A stretch of 64,000 nucleotides of DNA from Candidatus Deferrimicrobiaceae bacterium (GTDB lineage: Bacteria; Desulfobacterota; Deferrimicrobia; Deferrimicrobiales; Deferrimicrobiaceae): positions 192,001 through 256,000 of the forward strand of contig CAWBVY010000001.1 in the NCBI GenBank assembly GCA_963792415.1. The letters run 5' to 3'. A program made the translations under genes and the position numbers. Position 1 is the first letter of the stretch. Every line of letters begins with the position of its first letter. Below the pieces are notes generated by a model. It was not told the DNA's origin, made no database searches, and was given only the letters and a program-made list of their open reading frames with translations. Of the stretch, positions 17,767 through 26,947 are shown in pieces.

Positions 17767-18325
17767 TCGCGCGCCCGCCTTCGCGGTCTGGCTCACGGGA
17801 CTGCCCGCTTCGGGAAAGTCGACCGTCGCGCGGGCGCTCGAGGCGGAACTGGCGGGGAAGGGGATCCGGGCGGCGGTCCTCGAGTCCGACGCCCTTCGCC
17901 GCGAGATCGCACCGAACGCGGGCTACGGAGAGTCGGAGCGGGACGCGTTTTACGCCACCGTGGCGTACCTCGCGAGGATGCTCGCCCTGCACGGGGTCCC
18001 CGTGATCGTCGACGCGACGGCGAACCGCAGGGCGCACCGTGACCGCGCCCGGGAGGCGATCCCCTGTTTCCTCGAGGTCCACGTCCGCTGCCCGCTCGCG
18101 GTGTGCCAGGCGCGGGACCCGAAGGGGATCTACCGGCGCGGGGCGGAAGGAACGGCGAAAGACGTGCCGGGCGTGTCGGCGCCGTACGAACCGCCGTTGC
18201 TGCCGGAGGTGGTCGTCGACGGAGAAAGAGACGATCCCGCTGCCGCCGCCCGTCGCATCGTGTCGGCGCTCGAGGAGAAGGGGTTCCTCGCGCGCTGTCC
18301 GGGGGACGCGACGGGAACCGAGTGA
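17756..18325 (+). CDS. Adenylyl-sulfate kinase-like P-loop kinase
   Basis: VWLTGLPASGKST, RDPKGIY and PGVSAPYEPP motifs; overlaps the upstream gene's stop. Confidence 0.8.
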   Translation: MPSDRAPAFAVWLTGLPASGKSTVARALEAELAGKGIRAAVLESDALRREIAPNAGYGESERDAFYATVAYLARMLALHGVPVIVDATANRRAHRDRAREAIPCFLEVHVRCPLAVCQARDPKGIYRRGAEGTAKDVPGVSAPYEPPLLPEVVVDGERDDPAAAARRIVSALEEKGFLARCPGDATGTE

Positions 18326-18326
18326 G

Positions 18327-18869
18327 CTACAGCTCGTCGAGCGCTCCCGCGTAGGTAGCGAACGTCATGGCGTCGAAGAGGACGAAGCGAACGAGGGAGG
18401 GGGACGCGGGCTCCGAGGAGAGGAACGACGCGACCGTGACCAGCGCCTTCGTGGCCGCGAGCGGAACCGGGTAGCCGTAGATCCCGGTGCTGATGGAGGG
18501 GAAGGCGACCGACCGGAAGCCGTGCTCCGCGGCGATCCGCAGGGCGTTGCGGTAGCAGGAGACGAGCTGCTCCGGCTCCCCCTGGTCTCCGCCGCGCCAC
18601 ACCGGCCCGACCGCGTGGATCACGTACCGCGCGGGCAGGTTCCCGCCGCCGGTCAGGACCGCCTCGCCGGCCGGGCACTCTCCCCGCTCGGCGCGGATCG
18701 CGATGCACTCCTCGTGGATCGCCGGCCCGCCGGCGCGGTGGATCGCGCCGTCGACCCCTCCGCCGCCGAGGAGCGTCGAGTTCGCCGCGTTCACGATCGC
18801 GTCGACCGCCTGGCGCGTGATGTCGCCGAGGACCAGCTCGATGACTCTTCCGGAGAAGGTTTTTTCCAT
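18327..18869 (-). CDS. Macro-domain O-acetyl-ADP-ribose deacetylase (YmdB-like)
   Basis: GDIT, IVNAAN, GGGGVDGAIH, VIHAVGP and AFPSISTGIYGYP motifs. Confidence 0.92.
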   Translation of the reverse strand: MEKTFSGRVIELVLGDITRQAVDAIVNAANSTLLGGGGVDGAIHRAGGPAIHEECIAIRAERGECPAGEAVLTGGGNLPARYVIHAVGPVWRGGDQGEPEQLVSCYRNALRIAAEHGFRSVAFPSISTGIYGYPVPLAATKALVTVASFLSSEPASPSLVRFVLFDAMTFATYAGALDEL

Positions 18870-18903
18870 GGGGCACATTATACGATCAAATCGGACCGAT
18901 TGG

Positions 18904-20269
18904 ATGCGGGAAGCGTTGCGCGTCGCGCTGCGCCGCCGGCCTCCCCTGCGTCGGCTTCTCCGGGGACTCGCACAGGCGATCCCGGCCGCCGGGGGAACGA
19001 TGTATCTCGTCGGGGGGTTCCTGCGGAACATCGTCGAAGGGAGGGAGCCGGGGGACGTGGACCTTCTCGTCACCGGGCTTTCGTACCGGCGGACCGGAGA
19101 CGTTCTCCGCGCGCTTTCCGTCAAGGTGCCGGGCATTCGAAAGGTCGTGGCGGCGGGCAGGCATTTCCCGGTGCATCGGATCGCGGTCGATTGGGGGAAG
19201 GAGTACATCGACGTCTCCAATGCGCGCCCCGGCGGACTCCCTCGCCGGCGGAAACCCGGTTCCGGACGCGACGACGGCCATGGAGGGCCTGAGTGCCGGG
19301 CCAGGCACGGATGCCTCGGGGTCCGTCGTCCCGGCCGACGATCGGGAGGCCGTCGACGACGCATCGCGGAGAGACTTCACCATCAACGCTCTCCTCTTCC
19401 GCCTCGTCCCCGGCTGCTCCATCGAGGACGGTCGCCTGCTCGATCCCTTCGGCGGCTTCGAAGACGTGCGGAGGAGACGGATCCGTTGCGTGGGGGAAGC
19501 GTCGGACCGGTTCCGGGAGGATCCGCTCCGGATCGTTCGCGCGATCCGGCTGAAGAACGAGCGGCACGGTTTCGTTCTCGACCCGGCCACGTCGTCCGCG
19601 ATCCGTCGCCTCGGGCCGACTCTCCTCCCTGCCGCATCGCCGGACCGCATCTCGGTCGAACTGGTCCGCGCCCTTTCCGCCGATCCCGCCGGGACCATGG
19701 ACGATCTTCGGCGGCACGGCCTGCTGAAGGTCCTCCTGCCGGAATCGCGGAAATCCACGGACCGATCGGCGGAACGGACCGCGAACCGATACCGGTTTCT
19801 CCGGCGGTCGCTCGGCGCTCCCCTGCCGATCCACCTGCTCCTCGGAAACCTCCTCGCGGATCTTCCGCCGGATTCGGCGTTGGCGGCCGCGCGTCGCCTG
19901 CGACTGCCGGACCTGCGGTCCGTCGCATCGACATTGCGGTGCCTGCACCTCCTGATGCACCCGGAAACGTTGCGATTCCCCCGGGCGGAAACCGAGGCGG
20001 CGCTCCTCGCCACGGACGACATGCGGGGAGCGATCGCCCTCTACCGCGCGGTGCAGCGCTCCAGGCAACGTCCCGCAAGAAATATCAACCGATTCATGAG
20101 TATGTGTCGCGCAAGATCATTTCTAATAAACGGAATCGGTCTTGAAGAAAACGGATTTCCCGAGGGGCCCGGAAGGAGGAGGATTCTCCTCGCGACCCGC
20201 GAGGCAACGCTTTCGGGGAAGATCAGGACCCGGGATCAAGCCTTGAAAATGGCGGAGAAGTTGACCTGA
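18904..20269 (+). pseudogene. CCA tRNA nucleotidyltransferase / poly(A) polymerase family protein with a frameshift (possibly a sequencing error)
   Basis: YLVGGFLRN...DVDL lies in one frame; RRDFTINAL, LDPFGG and EDPLRIVRAIR lie in the +1 frame. The shift follows IDVSNAR, probably near 19220-19235. Confidence 0.75.
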
Positions 20270-20334
20270 TTCCTGCCTCCGAAAGGGAATACAATGATGG
20301 CAGGTACCGACGAAGGACGAGGCAAGGAGGCGTC

Positions 20335-20640
20335 GTGGGCGCCGTGAGCTTGAAGCGGAAGACCGCCGCGGCCCTGCTCGGGCTTGTTCTGTCCTGCGGG
20401 TGCGCGGTACCGCAACAGGAGACCCGTCCGACGGAAGAACCCCCCGGCGTCGGGGTCCGCCTCCCCGGCACGCATCCCATGGACATCGACGTCCGGACGC
20501 AGGAGACGGCCGCCCAGCCGGAGCTCCCCCCCAACGATCCCGAAATGAACCGGCAATGGCTCCGCATTTTCGAGATGGAGCGCATCCCCGGAAAGAGCCC
20601 CCCCCGGGCCCCCGAGGAAGAAACGATCGACAGCCCGTAA
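20335..20640 (+). CDS. Hypothetical lipoprotein
   Basis: Basic N-terminus, hydrophobic stretch and an LSCGC lipobox-like motif. Confidence 0.6.
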   Translation: MGAVSLKRKTAAALLGLVLSCGCAVPQQETRPTEEPPGVGVRLPGTHPMDIDVRTQETAAQPELPPNDPEMNRQWLRIFEMERIPGKSPPRAPEEETIDSP

Positions 20641-20651
20641 GGTCCGCGGCT

Positions 20652-22226
20652 TCAGCGCGACCTGCCACCTCCTCCTCTCTCTTCTCCGCCTGCTCCGCCT
20701 CGGCGGCCCCCGTCGTCTCCACCGCGATCGACGCGGATCTCCTGGCCGCGCGACCCGGGGTCCGCACTCCGCCCGGCCGGCGGTCCGCCCGATCGGTCCT
20801 CCTTCGGCTCGAGCTCCCGAATGATTTCACGCGCCGGTGGACGAATCACAGGAACGCTGCGAGGCGGAGGCGCCGGCTTCTCCACCTTCCCCGCCTTGGG
20901 TACGGCCTCCCTCGGAGTTCCGGTCCGCCGCTCTTCTCCAGGCGCGGGGCGAGGCGCCGGTTGCCCGGCGGGAGGGCGAACCGCCCGCCCCTCCGGACGC
21001 ACCGTGCGGGTGTCCGGCCGCGGCTGCGCTGCGCGGATCTTCCGGCTCTCCACCTGCCGCTCGGCCCGCACGACGCTATAGTCGCGCCATTCACGGCGAT
21101 CCGTCCCCCCTCGAACGAAGACCCGGCCGCTGTCGAGCGGGCGGTTCCACCCCGCGAGCCGGGCATCGCCGCGAGCGTATCCGGCCGGGCGGTACCGCTC
21201 CCCCGGCCGCAACGGCACCCAGTAGACATTCCTCCCCTCGGGGACGAAGCGGACCGTCGCGGGCCGGAAGTAGACATTGTGGTGGCGATATCGGTTCGCG
21301 CCGAAGACGAAGTTGACGGAAACGAACGCGTTGTAGGGGGACCAGATCCACCCGTAGGCCGGGTCGGCCACCCAGTACCCGCACCGGTACGGATACCACC
21401 CCCACGGCTCGTAGGAAACCCAGGTCCAGCCGTACGGCGAGATCCACGTCCAGTGACCGTACACGTAGGGGGACCACCCCGACGCCACGCGCGGCCGCCA
21501 CACGGTTCCGTACGCAGGCACGTTGACCCATTCGCCGTACTCCACGAGCTCGCTCACCACCACCGGCGGCGCGGCGCCCGGCGCCTGCCCCACGGACTGC
21601 GGCGGCGGCTCGACGGATTCATCGGCCCCTCCCCGGTACCTGCCGACGGTGACATCCCGGCCGATCACCGCCTCGTCGCCGGCGCGAAGGCGATGCTCGT
21701 CGCCGTCCACGGTGACCACCGCCCTGCCGCGGCGCACGACCAGCCGCGTCTCGTCGCTGTCCGTCACGGTCAGCCATTGCCTCCCGGGCTCGGGGAACTG
21801 CGCAACCGCCCCCCCGGGAACCCGGACGGAAACCGGGGCGAAGTCATCCGGCGGGAGGTCGAACCGGATCTCCCCCGCGCGCAGGCGGAAAACGGACTTC
21901 CCCTCCTGAAGGTCGCGAACTTCGAGATCGGTCCCGGAGGTCAGCAGGACGAACTGCCCGCCGTGGAACTGCAGCTCCGCCTCCGACCCGTCCGGGACGC
22001 TCAGGCGGCTGCGCGGTGGAACAGGGGTGTTGCTCGAGATCTCCTCCCAGTCCCCCCCGTCCGACGGGCGGACCCACACGGAGCCGTCCAGCACCTTGAC
22101 CCGGGCGACCGCGTACACGGAGAAACCCCCTTCGGGACCTTCCCCTTCCTGGGCAAGCGCGGGCGGGACCCCGGCGAGAATGAACGCGGCGATCGATGCG
22201 GCGATGATCCAGGCGGCTCGCTTCAT
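20652..22226 (-). CDS. FecR-domain / DUF6600 exported protein with a Pro/Arg-rich tail
   Basis: Signal peptide, FecR-like N-domain, YGEW...WSPYVYGHW.W...YGWTWVSYEPWGW.PY motif; start at ATG 22226 after the GAAGG RBS. Confidence 0.82.
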   Translation of the reverse strand: MKRAAWIIAASIAAFILAGVPPALAQEGEGPEGGFSVYAVARVKVLDGSVWVRPSDGGDWEEISSNTPVPPRSRLSVPDGSEAELQFHGGQFVLLTSGTDLEVRDLQEGKSVFRLRAGEIRFDLPPDDFAPVSVRVPGGAVAQFPEPGRQWLTVTDSDETRLVVRRGRAVVTVDGDEHRLRAGDEAVIGRDVTVGRYRGGADESVEPPPQSVGQAPGAAPPVVVSELVEYGEWVNVPAYGTVWRPRVASGWSPYVYGHWTWISPYGWTWVSYEPWGWYPYRCGYWVADPAYGWIWSPYNAFVSVNFVFGANRYRHHNVYFRPATVRFVPEGRNVYWVPLRPGERYRPAGYARGDARLAGWNRPLDSGRVFVRGGTDRREWRDYSVVRAERQVESRKIRAAQPRPDTRTVRPEGRAVRPPAGQPAPRPAPGEERRTGTPREAVPKAGKVEKPAPPPRSVPVIRPPAREIIRELEPKEDRSGGPPAGRSADPGSRGQEIRVDRGGDDGGRRGGAGGEERGGGGRSR

Positions 22227-22363
22227 GGCACCTTCCCTCCCTTTCCTCATGCCCGTTAGACGGGTCGACGCGTGGAGAATATTCATCCTTTTCCTCGCCG
22301 ATTCGCTGAAATACCAGGCCTGCTATACTTGAAACCCTTATACCACGACGGAGTTTCATCGAA

Positions 22364-23071
22364 TTGTATCGACTCACCGACCGGAACCGGCACATCGGGG
22401 AGATGTTCTCCTCCATCGCTCCCCGGTACGATTTCCTCAACCGGCTGCTGTCGCTGGGGGTGGACCGGCGTTGGCGCCGCCTCGCCGTTGCGGAAACCGT
22501 CCCGGCGACCGGTGGAAGATTCCTGGACGTCGCCACCGGCACGGCCGACATGGCGCTGGAGATCTCGCGCCAGAAAGGCGCGGAAGCTTCCGTCGCCGGC
22601 GTCGACCTCTCCGTGGAGATGATGCGGGTGGGGCAGGAGAAGTGCGCGCGGGCGGGGCGATCCCGAAGCGTCGCGTTCCTCCGGGCGCCGGGGGAGTGCC
22701 TCCCGTTCCGGGACGCCTCCTTCGACTCGGCCTGCGTCGCCTTCGGGATCCGGAACGTGGCCGACCGGGAGCGGGGCCTTCGGGAGATGTGCCGGGCGGT
22801 CCGACCCGGCGGGCGCGTGGTCGTTCTCGAATTCTCCTCGCCGCCGGGGACGTTCTTCGGGGCCCTGTACCGGTTCTACTTCAGGAGCGTCCTGCCGCGG
22901 ATCGGCGGGATCTTCTCGCGGGGATCCGCCTACGCGTACCTGCCCGAGTCGGTGCTCGCGTTCCCCGAGCCTCCCGCCTTCGCCGAAATGATGAGGACGG
23001 CGGGCTGCGCGTCCGTGACCCATCGCCCGCTGACATTCGGGATCGTCACCCTGTACGTCGGGGTGCGGTAA
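22364..23071 (+). CDS. ubiE: Demethylmenaquinone / ubiquinone C-methyltransferase (UbiE/MenG)
   Basis: MFSSIAPRYDFLNRLLSLG, LDVATGTAD, FGIRNV and AYAYLPES motifs. Confidence 0.88.
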   Translation: MYRLTDRNRHIGEMFSSIAPRYDFLNRLLSLGVDRRWRRLAVAETVPATGGRFLDVATGTADMALEISRQKGAEASVAGVDLSVEMMRVGQEKCARAGRSRSVAFLRAPGECLPFRDASFDSACVAFGIRNVADRERGLREMCRAVRPGGRVVVLEFSSPPGTFFGALYRFYFRSVLPRIGGIFSRGSAYAYLPESVLAFPEPPAFAEMMRTAGCASVTHRPLTFGIVTLYVGVR

Positions 23072-23075
23072 GGCG

Positions 23076-24056
23076 TTACATCGCGGAGGCGCTTTCCGCG
23101 TCGAACCACCCCTCGAACAGGGCGGTGGTGAGATACCGCTCCCCGGCGTCGGGGAGGAGCGCCACGATCGTCTTCCCGGCGAACTCCGGAAGCTTCGCGA
23201 GACGCACCGCGACCGCCGCCGCCGCCCCGCACGAGATCCCCGAGAGCAACCCCTCCTCCCGCGCCAGTCGGCGGGCATAGGCGATCGCCTCGTCGTTGGA
23301 GACGGTCTCCACGCGGTCGATCAGCGACAGGTCGAGGACGTCGGGGAGGAACCCCGCTCCGATCCCCTGGATCTTGTGCGGCCCGGGGGCCAGCGGCTTT
23401 CCGTTCCGCGTCTGCGTGATCACCGGGCTGTCGACCGGTTCGACCGCCACCGAGAGGATCTTCTTCCCCTTCGTGCCCTTGAGGAACCGGGTGATCCCGG
23501 TGATCGTCCCGCCGGTGCCGACCCCGCACACGAGAACGTCGACGGCGCCGTCGGTCGCCTCCCAGATCTCCGGTCCCGTGGTCGTCTCGTGCACCAGCGG
23601 GTTGGCGGGATTCTTGAATTGCTGCGGCATGAAGTGCCGCGACGGATCCGAGGCGACGATCTCCTCCGCCTTCGCGATCGCCCCCTTCATCCCCTTCGCC
23701 CCCTCGGTGAGCACGAGCTTCGCGCCGAATGCCTTCAGCACCTGCCGCCGCTCGACGCTCATCGTCTCGGGCATCGTCAGGACGATCCCGTAGCCGCGAG
23801 CGGCCGCGACGAAGGCGAGGGCGATCCCGGTGTTTCCGGAGGTGGGCTCGACGATCGTCTTCCCCGGCCCGAGCAACCCCTTCTTCTCGGCGTCCCAGAC
23901 CATCGCTGCGCCGATGCGGCATTTCACGGAGTAGGCGGGGTTCCGCCCCTCCACCTTGGCGAGCACGGTCGCACCGGCTCCGTCGGTGATCCGGTTGAGC
24001 TTCACGAGGGGAGTCTTTCCGATCGAAAGCGAATTGTCCGGGAACCAGGTGCCCAT
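23076..24056 (-). CDS. cysK: Cysteine synthase A
   Basis: NPAYSVKCR (PLP lysine), [15 protein letters not shown] and PHKIQGIG motifs. Confidence 0.95.
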   Translation of the reverse strand: MGTWFPDNSLSIGKTPLVKLNRITDGAGATVLAKVEGRNPAYSVKCRIGAAMVWDAEKKGLLGPGKTIVEPTSGNTGIALAFVAAARGYGIVLTMPETMSVERRQVLKAFGAKLVLTEGAKGMKGAIAKAEEIVASDPSRHFMPQQFKNPANPLVHETTTGPEIWEATDGAVDVLVCGVGTGGTITGITRFLKGTKGKKILSVAVEPVDSPVITQTRNGKPLAPGPHKIQGIGAGFLPDVLDLSLIDRVETVSNDEAIAYARRLAREEGLLSGISCGAAAAVAVRLAKLPEFAGKTIVALLPDAGERYLTTALFEGWFDAESASAM

Positions 24057-24070
24057 CGCGCAACCCCCTT

Positions 24071-24095
24071 AATGTCTATAGTCTATATAGTATTT
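24071..24095. promoter_or_regulatory. AT-rich imperfect inverted repeat upstream of cysK, candidate Rrf2-family (CymR/IscR-like) operator
   Basis: AATGTCTATA-GTCTA-TATAGTATTT (7/10 arm match) in an otherwise GC-rich context, just upstream of the RBS. Confidence 0.4.
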
Positions 24096-24145
24096 ATTCC
24101 GCGCCGACTGTCAACAGGAAATACCGCACCGGACATCCCATCGGG

Positions 24146-24961
24146 CTATCTCTTCAGGTAGACGATCAGCGAGGAGGCGAAGACGACGAGGAAATGGGCT
24201 TCGCGCGAATCGACCGGCCCCTCGCCGGAAGGTGAATCCACCCCGTCGATCGGCAGTCCGCTCAGCACGTGCGCCCGGCGCAGGAGGAGATCGATCCCCC
24301 TCGACAGTTCCGGCGGGATCCGTGCCGCCGCCGCCGCGTGCGCCACCGACCCCACGACGAGGGGGGCTTCCTCCTCCCCCTTCCGGACCTCCCGCGCCGC
24401 CACTTCCCTGGCAACGGCCGCCACCGCGAGGACCGATTCGCGGATCGCATCCCGGAACGAAGGTTCGGGACGCCGCGAAAGGTACGCCACGGCGGTTTCC
24501 ATGTGGCGCTGCGCCGCGGCCATGTCGAACAGCCGCACCGTCTCCACGGCCTGCGCCACCTCGTCGAAACCGAGGACATCCTGAAAGGGGCGAAACCGGT
24601 CGTGGTACAGGCGCACGTCCGCCCCTTCCCGCTCGAGCAGGTCGTTCAATCCCCTGCGGATCAGTTTCCGGTCCATCTCCTTCAGCCCGGCGTGGTCGTC
24701 CTGAAGGAAAAATTCGAACAGGTCGTAGAGGCGGTGGTCCGGGAGGTCGAAGAACAGGTTCTTCAGGGCGAGACGCGAGGCGTCGTTGTCGGAAAGGGGA
24801 AGCTCGTCGATCGGTTCCCTGAAGAAGGAGAGGCAGGCGCCCCGCAGAACGGTCGTCCAGGCGATGTGGGCGAAATCGGTCGAGGACACCACCCGGAACA
24901 GGAGGTTCCAGAGGGAGTTCCGCAGCGGTGTCCCCGATTTCCCGCGCTCGCCGGTTTCCAC
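24146..24961 (-). CDS. AbiJ-NTD4-like protein with a degenerate HEPN-like C-terminus
   Basis: LRNSLWN, FFREPIDELP, LYDLFEF and DAIRESVLAV patterns, plus an EAHFLVVFASSLIVYL terminal helix. Confidence 0.6.
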   Translation of the reverse strand: METGERGKSGTPLRNSLWNLLFRVVSSTDFAHIAWTTVLRGACLSFFREPIDELPLSDNDASRLALKNLFFDLPDHRLYDLFEFFLQDDHAGLKEMDRKLIRRGLNDLLEREGADVRLYHDRFRPFQDVLGFDEVAQAVETVRLFDMAAAQRHMETAVAYLSRRPEPSFRDAIRESVLAVAAVAREVAAREVRKGEEEAPLVVGSVAHAAAAARIPPELSRGIDLLLRRAHVLSGLPIDGVDSPSGEGPVDSREAHFLVVFASSLIVYLKR

Positions 24962-24979
24962 GAAGGGGATTATACCCCC

Positions 24980-25315
24980 CTACCGCTGCGCCTCCCAGTG
25001 CCCGGGAACCCACTGCCGTTCATACCGTCCTTCGTAGTGGCCCGGCACCCAGACCGGCTCCGGCGGAGGCGCGTAGTAGACGCGCGGCGCGGGAGCGTAG
25101 GCCGGCTCGTAGGAGTGCGAGAGGACGGTGCCGAGAATGGCCCCTCCCACAAGTCCGACGAAGAATGCCCCGGCACTGTTGCCAGCGTAGGCGTAACGCC
25201 CGCCGTGGCCGTGGTAGCCACCGTAAACCGGGTAGCCGCCGCGTCCGCCCGCCGACGCTGCCATCGGAGCCGCGATAAACCCCACCGTAAGTATTATGGC
25301 GATCAGTTTCCTCAT
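24980..25315 (-). CDS. Small exported Gly/Tyr/Pro-rich protein with WVPGH[YW] repeats
   Basis: Signal peptide, AGGAG RBS and two WVPGH motifs (YXWGXW-like). Confidence 0.7.
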   Translation of the reverse strand: MRKLIAIILTVGFIAAPMAASAGGRGGYPVYGGYHGHGGRYAYAGNSAGAFFVGLVGGAILGTVLSHSYEPAYAPAPRVYYAPPPEPVWVPGHYEGRYERQWVPGHWEAQR

Positions 25316-25374
25316 GGTCGTCTCCTTCCTTCCCGTTCGTGATCCTCAGACGAGGGAGGGAAGGGAGATATTCA

Positions 25375-25839
25375 CTACTCCGCGGAGATGAGGAGGATCA
25401 GGACGCCGGACTGGTGGGAGGGCCCGCCGACGAGGACCATGCCGCCCCGGCGGAGCCCGAGGGTGGTGGTGAGGAGATTCCTCGGCCCCTCGGAGATCCG
25501 TATGGAGAGGCGAACCTTGTTCCCCCGGGCCGGCAAAGGGGTCGCCTGCAACGTGCGCCGGTCGGGAAGCTCGAACTCCCCGGTCTCCCCGACGGACAGG
25601 GAGCGACGCTTGCGGTCGAGCATCCGGTAGGAGGTGTAGTTGAACATCGACTGAAGCTTCTCCCGGATCGTCCCGAGGGCCGGGTCGATCGAGGTCCCCT
25701 CGTTGGAGGCGTAGACCGCCCCGACGTCGACGGTAACCGTATCGGCGGCTTCGGACGGACCGGCGGCGAGCAGCGCCAGGAGCAGGAGGAAGAAAAGGGC
25801 CGGCGCGCCCGCCCGGCCGCGCGGGTCAGGACTTGGCAT
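25375..25839 (-). CDS. Exported hypothetical protein (third gene of the ECF operon)
   Basis: Signal peptide; overlaps the anti-sigma stop. Confidence 0.75.
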   Translation of the reverse strand: MPSPDPRGRAGAPALFFLLLLALLAAGPSEAADTVTVDVGAVYASNEGTSIDPALGTIREKLQSMFNYTSYRMLDRKRRSLSVGETGEFELPDRRTLQATPLPARGNKVRLSIRISEGPRNLLTTTLGLRRGGMVLVGGPSHQSGVLILLISAE

Positions 25840-26302
25840 CTTCGATGATCCAGATCACCCTCGGAAGGTCCTCTCCCTTGTCGACGAGCGCCACCGTGGC
25901 GACATCGGATTCGACGTCCTCGACCGCGACGTCGAACGAGCTCGGATGAAACGGCGATCGGTCCGTCCGGGCAGGATAGAACAGGAGCGCCAGCATCGCA
26001 ACGGCGACGGCCGCCGGGATCCACATCCACCGCGCGATCCACGAGGAGCGCCGCCGCGCCTCCCGGCCCTCCCCGATCCCGGCGCGCACCCGCGTCCACA
26101 TCGCGTCGAGAGCGGGAGCCTTCTCCATCGCCCGGATCCCGGTCAATGCGCGCAGCAAGGGTCCCGTCGCGGAGAGCGCCGCATCCTCCGCGGCGCACGC
26201 GGGGCACCCGGCCAGGTGGCCGGCAAGCTCCGCCGCCTCCTCCCGCGGGAGGAGACCGTCGGCCTTCGCAAGGATCTTTCCCAGAGCCGTCCCGCAATCC
26301 AT
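25826..26302 (-). CDS. Zinc-finger (zf-HC2) membrane anti-sigma factor
   Basis: HLAGCPAC motif and a single TM helix; directly downstream of the ECF sigma. Confidence 0.85.
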   Translation of the reverse strand: MDCGTALGKILAKADGLLPREEAAELAGHLAGCPACAAEDAALSATGPLLRALTGIRAMEKAPALDAMWTRVRAGIGEGREARRRSSWIARWMWIPAAVAVAMLALLFYPARTDRSPFHPSSFDVAVEDVESDVATVALVDKGEDLPRVIWIIEDAKS

Positions 26303-26310
26303 CGTCGTCC

Positions 26311-26901
26311 CTACCCTTCCCTGTGCGACTTCAGGGACTCTTTCAGTTTACCGCGCGCGTAGTGCAGCCGCGACATCACCGTTCCCACCGAACACCCGAG
26401 GACCTTGGCGATCTCGTCGTACGCCATGCCGTCGACCTCCCGAAGGACGATCACCGCCCGGTGATACTCCGGGAGGGCGTCGACGGCGCGCTGCAGGGCG
26501 TCCCCCAGTTCCCGGTCCCGGGCCAGGTCCTCAGGGGTCCGCGGGTACGCGAAGCTGTCCGGCGGCGACGCATCCTCGGAAAGCCAGCTCTCGTCAAAGG
26601 GCACCTCCGCCGACCGCGCCGACTTCCGCCACCGGTCGATCGCCTGGTTCACCAGGAGGCGGTAGAACCAGGTGTAGAAGTTCGAGCCGAACCGGAACTC
26701 CTTCAACTTGTAGTACGCCTTGATGAAGGAGTCCTGGACGACGTCGAGCGCGTCGTCCCCGTCGCCCACGATCCCGACCGCCACGGCGAACGCCCGGCCC
26801 TTGTACCGTTCCACGAGCTCGCCGAACGCCGCGTCGTCACCCGCGAGGGTCGTCCGGATCAGCGCGTCGTCCGGAACCCCGCCCTTCTCTCGCTCACTCA
26901 T
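26311..26901 (-). CDS. ECF RNA polymerase sigma factor
   Basis: DVVQDSFIKAY, FYTWFYR and YDEIAKVLGCSVGTVMSRLHYAR motifs. Confidence 0.93.
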   Translation of the reverse strand: MSEREKGGVPDDALIRTTLAGDDAAFGELVERYKGRAFAVAVGIVGDGDDALDVVQDSFIKAYYKLKEFRFGSNFYTWFYRLLVNQAIDRWRKSARSAEVPFDESWLSEDASPPDSFAYPRTPEDLARDRELGDALQRAVDALPEYHRAVIVLREVDGMAYDEIAKVLGCSVGTVMSRLHYARGKLKESLKSHREG

Positions 26902-26947
26902 GGGACGGTTGCGCCCGGCGGAGTATTCACCGTGTCGAACAGAAAAA

